Positions 52,001 to 58,000 of a DNA stretch of 64,000 nt are shown here, piece by piece (the stretch's first letter is position 1; each line of letters begins with the position of its first letter). A model generated the notes under the pieces. It made no database searches, had not been told where the DNA came from, and saw only the letters and a list, made by a program, of their open reading frames with translations. The stretch covers positions 11,346,001-11,410,000 of the forward strand of contig CM075980.1 in NCBI GenBank assembly GCA_038087875.1. Direction: 5' to 3'. Both the position numbers and the translations under genes were made by a program. The DNA is from Malacoraja senta (lineage: Eukaryota).

Positions 52001-55000
52001 TACATCGCTAATGACGCCCTTTCAAATCCTACTTTGCTGAGTCACTTTTCTCCACGGAGATTCTAACACATAATTAGAGCTTTTCATAGAATCATATAAC
52101 ACGTTGGAAGCCAAAAATGCTATCATATATGAGCCAGCTCCTCAATGTAATTCCAATTCATCAAGTTTTCTTAAGTGAAAGCCCTATGAATTTTTTCCCT
52201 TAAAGTACCTAACAATTCCTTTTTGAAAGTTATTGTTGATCACATTTCGACTTTCCACCCTGGGAGCACAATCCAGATCTTAAATCACGGTGAATAAACA
52301 CAAAACTTTCCAAATACTTTAAATCCATGTTCTCCAAGTTCTGACAACACTGTTGTCGATGGAACTGCTGCTCTTTATTTACTCTATTAAAACCTTAACC
52401 GTCTCTGCTCCATAGATAAGTAGACATTACTTAACTACTCCAGGATCTTGACATAATTCCTGAAGTGTGATAAACAAAATTAAATAATAGTCCATCAGTT
52501 AGCCTAACCAAGGATTTAAAAACCTGGTGTAACTGCCTTGATTTCATGGTCTAAAATTAATAACCTCTTAAAATGTTTAATCAACTTTCTCTGCCACCTA
52601 CAGGTTTCTGTACTATCTTCAAGCATGTCTGCCCCTTTTACAATTTCAGTATTCAGTTATCTAGCTTTTCATTTATTCTTGAGATGTGCATCACATTTTA
52701 TGCAGTACATTACATTTCACCTCTCATTTTTCCAGTCTCAGCTTTTTACTTCTTCACTGTTTCATTATACATAATTGTTCAAATTTGTCATGTATACCCA
52801 AAGATGTGTGTATTGAAAAGTAGCAGTTCGTCAGAATAAAAAGTAGCTGACCTTTAGTAAGAAAGTCATGGTTAGGGATAACCAAGTCGCGGGATAGTAG
52901 CTCCTTAAAGCAAAACTATCAACTGATTCCCAAAATTGCAAAGTCAAGTACCCCTTATGGCTGGGTTACAAACCTTATGTTTGTTGATGGTTGCAATGTC
53001 TTTCTCATCTGTGCAGTGCTGAACCAGTACTCCCAGCATAGCTAAATGTAATTGGTTTTGTTCCAGGCTCACAGTTGTTGCCAGATATTGCTGTGCAAGC
53101 TCAGAGTTCTAAATGAAAGTGGATGAAGCAAAATTTAAGACAAAGTGGTTCCTCCTTTAGAAATGATTGGCAAGTTGCATGATGCTCAAGAACAATATCT
53201 GCACAAAAAGATTAAACCATGTTTCTTACATAATATTGCAAAACACTGAGACAATCTGTGGTCAAATTTACAATTATTTTATTTTTCCAACTGAAAACCA
53301 TTTCATTGAAACTTCCCACTTCATGTATTTATAAACATCTATCCCCATTGCTACAATCATAGGAAGGAAGAATGTAGTAAACATTTACAGCACCCTCAAA
53401 TAAGCAAGCCTGATCAGCTTGAGTCCTTACAATGTACCTTTGTGACACCTCAACAATTTAACAAATGTGATCAGCAGCATAGCATTTAAACAGTGCCTAG
53501 CGTATCGGCTCATGGAAAATTAGTACTAGACATCACATATCCAAATACTGCCACACAGAGAATACTCACATGGCCTTTGTTCCTTACCCTCCACTTTCTC
53601 AGCCATCCTTCCATCCATTTTGCAGCAGCATATCTCTACCACCCTACTGCAAAACCACAATACAACATTATGGCCCAGGGAATGTTCCATCCTGTAGACG
53701 CTGGAAATTCTCCTCTTTCTTACCTCTTTCCATAGATGCCTGAACTTTTTGAGAATCCCGTTCACTGTGTGCTTGTTCCCACCACCCAGGACCTCTGTTA
53801 AAAGCAGGCACTGCACCTCGACCTGTCAAGAAGCGCAGCACATGGCAAATTGGCAAAGCCAAATATATAATGCCCTTTGAATTTCAAAACTTATAACTCA
53901 CAACACAGGCAGATTTTAGTGCATTTCATTAATAAAATAAATCTTATCACAATTTGGGTGCTTCAACTTGGAGCGAAAGAAAACTGCAGATGCTGGAAAT
54001 AAAAAATAAAAATAAACTGCACAGCATCAGAAAGGAGAGAAAGTGTCAACACTTGAGGTCAAGGACTCTCATTAGAAATGTAAAAGTGAGAAACCAAGTG
54101 CGTGTATAAGTTGTAGGGATGGGGAGAGGTGGCAAGAACAGAGAGATTACCTGACCAAAGTTGTCACGGTAATGAATTACATTTAAAAACTGGCATCTGT
54201 GAGGGGAGACGGGTAAAGGGTGGTTATCTGAAATGGATAAATTCAATAATAAGTCTCGAGGACTGGAATGGAAGATGAGGTGCTGTTCCTCAAGCTTATA
54301 TTGAGAATTGTCGAAGCAAATGTAGGAGGCCTCAGAGTGGTAATGGGATGGGGAATTAAGGAGGCAGGTGACTCGAAATTCTAGGTCAGCTCTGCAGACC
54401 AAATGGAGCTATTCTACAATGGGTGACCCAATTTAAGCAATCATCCTCTGCCTCCCCCCCCCCCAAAAACGCCCCCCTCCTCACCCTCTTCATAGATGTG
54501 GCTGTAATTTGATTCTTTAATTTGATTATTTTTTCTTCCATCTAAAATTGTTACATTTAATTGTGGTTTTTGCTGTTCTGCAAACTTTATAAATCCAGTA
54601 CTATCCCAAAGGTGAAGTGAGCAACACAGAATATTAAATGACTAGATGTCCTATTTTACTTACCCAGACCTAGTTACTTTCTTACAAGCAAAACGTGTAA
54701 CAGTCCCATAAGCGTCACTTCTGTTACAGACTCTTTTAGACATTTAACCCAGACCATTGTTTGTCTCGGACACCACACAGAAACAGCAATAATTTAACTT
54801 TCCCATCCACTCACCATCTTTATCCACATCTCTGTTGCTTGTTTCTCGGGTGCCTTGAAGACTGTCTTGACCAACAATAATGTCCAATTGAGAGCAAGGG
54901 ATGCTGCTGACGCACTGCTCTTACTATGATAGAGAGAGTTCAGGAGTCAGTTACATTAAAGTGTTCCACCTTCGAGTATTTGTGTAAACGCAATTGCTCA

Positions 55001-58000
55001 AAGAGATTGAAACCCACTTAACCCCTGCACTGTGGGGAAAGTCCATGCTTTCAACAGTCCTACCCCCACATATGTAGGCATTCAAGATTCTATTCTATTA
55101 TTTCAAATTCTCAGACCTGTTTCTTTGGTTCCCAGGGCAAGATAATGTTCCCATTACTTCTGCTCTGAAGACTAGCAGTAAGATGACTAAACTGGGAAAG
55201 ATTACTGTATCCCATCACCTTCCTGAAAGATGTCAGGGATCTCCCAGTTTCAGTAAAATATGCCGAAGAACATAAAGCATATATAACCACATAGGCCTTT
55301 AGAGCTTAAGCTATCCCTTTCAGACAATAATGCCTAAATAAGCTGTCAATATCTTACCAGTGCGCTTCCCCAGTAAAGTGTTTGGTAAACATAAACCACT
55401 CCACGGGGGTTCCCCTCTTCCATTATAGATGAGGCTCTCCTTGATATCATGCAGCTCCGCTCTTAATCCCCGTCCCCCTTGTCCTCACCTTCCATCCCAA
55501 CTAGGTGTCAACTTCTCTACATTGGCGAGACCAAGCGCAGGCTCGGCGATCGCTTCACTGAACACCTCCGCTCAATCCGTCTTAACCTACCTGATCTCGC
55601 GGTGGCTCAGCACTTCAACTCCCCCTCCCATTCCCAATATGACCTTTCCGTCCTGGGCTTCCTCCATTGTCAGAGTGAGGCCCAGCACAAATTGGAGGAA
55701 CGGCACCTCATATTTTGCTTGGGTAGTTTACACCCCAGCGCTTTGAACATTGACTTCTCTAACTTTCCATAGCCCTTGCTTTCTCTCTCCACCCCCCTCC
55801 CCCTTCCCAGTACTCCCACCAGTCTTACTGTCTCCGCCTACATTCTATTTTTTTTCCTCCCCTGACATCAGTCTGAAGAAGGGTCTCGACCCGAAACGTC
55901 ACCAATTACTTCTCCCCATAGATGCTGCTTAACCCGCTGAGTTACTCCAGCATTTTGTGTCAACCATTGCACTTATATCCAAGCAACTGCACTTGGCGTC
56001 ACATCCAAGTTTAATGTCTTTGTTGTGCTTTAATACCTTGGATGGCCATTCTTGCAGGCGATTCCTGTTGACTGCAGACACTGCACCAGGTGTTTTGTCG
56101 TCGTCTCAGGATGACTTTCAGCCAGCTGCTCAATAACTGCCTGAAGAGCTCTTCGGGACGTTGCATCTCTGCCAAATAACAAGAAAGACTTTCACCGTGT
56201 CTTGATATATGTAATAATAATACACCAGTACTAAATTCTTGATAATTGCTGTACTACTCCACCTCACTTCAAATATTCACACAGCCCATGGTGATGGAAG
56301 AGTTGCACTTGCACAGTGGAGAGTCTTCAGCAGCAGCCAGGCTGGATGAAGTTTGGGCAAATCCGTTTGGGGCAAAAGCACACCAACACCTCTACTCTCT
56401 CAGGAAATTAGGTATATTTGGCACATCTCTAACAGCTTTTACCAGTTTCTATCAATGCGGTGGAGATAGCATCCTATTAGTAGGTATGTTACAATACTTA
56501 CCTTCAGCGGCGCTGTAATTCTGCCACTGGCCGTGTGCGCGATTTTGGAGCCTTTAAGGGAGGGGGGCGGGGTTAAAACGCGGGTTTCTCCTACCTTGTC
56601 CTGTATTATATTTCGTTGGGAGTATAAGCGTTTGCTGAAAAATCGTTCCTACGGGCGTTTTGTGTATTTTTTATTTTTATTAAATCGACAATGTCAGCGC
56701 TGGAGTCATTTTAAAATCAGCTTCGAAAGCCGTCAACGCCGACAACGGGGACGGATTTCACGCACGGGACAGGTAAACGAAAGTAGTTTATTTTAATGTA
56801 TAAAAGTGCTTCTTAAGAAGCCTTTAATTCATATTTTTTAATGCGAAACGGTGATACTTTTCCCCGAACTAACGGCAGAATTTTTCATGCCGATACGGGG
56901 TTAAATTCACCGCAAATCAACGTTCCAAATGATCGCGTTCCAGAAAACCTCACTCGCAAGATGATTTAAATGGCCATTAATTTACAGGTAATAAACATTC
57001 AATTCCTTCCATTTGGCCTGTAAATCCATGACAATGAGATTTAAAAATTATGTTATATTGTGAATTCTTGTGTGAATGTTATTTGGACACTTAGGCTATT
57101 TAAAAATGTTAATCTATTCTTAAGAAATTGATAGATGTTTAGATCTAGTAATTGAACTTTGTAATTAGCTACAATTAGGTAACTAACTAATTATATGCTT
57201 TAATTTCATGTCATCTAAGTAAGATTGTTTCATATTTGTTTCAGAATGCTTCAATCTATAATAACTGAAAATTTCTTTCAGTCTTAATTTTTAAGAAAGT
57301 GATGGGCTTTTGACTGTCCTCGATGACAGCTTTTGTGTTAAGTCAATGGAAAAGCAATAGGGAACAAGATGCTAATTTCCGAGTATGAAAATGGCCATAA
57401 CTTTTTTAATACTGAAAGTGAATTAGGTGTTAAATTAAACTTCTTTTTATGCTTTATCTGATGGGATAAATTGCAGACTTGATTTTTAAAATCTCAACAT
57501 TTTGTAACATTGCTACTATTAGGATGCATCGCAACTTGGTTTGGCAACAGCTCTGCCAAAGTCCGCAAGAAATTACAGAATTGTGGACGCAGCCCAGTCC
57601 ATCACACAAATCAGCCTCTCCTCAATGCCTCAGAAAAACACCCAACATAATCAAGGATCACTTACACTCTGGCCATTCCCGCTTCTCCCCTCTCCTATCT
57701 CCTTCTCCCCTCTCCTTACAAAAATGTACCACCAGAAGCAAACACCTCTTCCTCACTGTTATCACACTACTGAATAGACTTCTCATAAGCCAAGGGTGTA
57801 GCCCAATCTCAAAACCTACCACATTGTGGCCATCACACAATTTGTATCTGCCCTTTCTCTGGAGTTGTAGCTCCATAACGCTGCAGCACTACGTTCTACA
57901 CGCTGGGACAAAATCACCTCTGCCATTAGTTAGATTTGACCGTTATCAGTTTGGGTTTGAAAATCTTTTTGTATTAAGTTCCTAAAAGTCCCAACTGATA

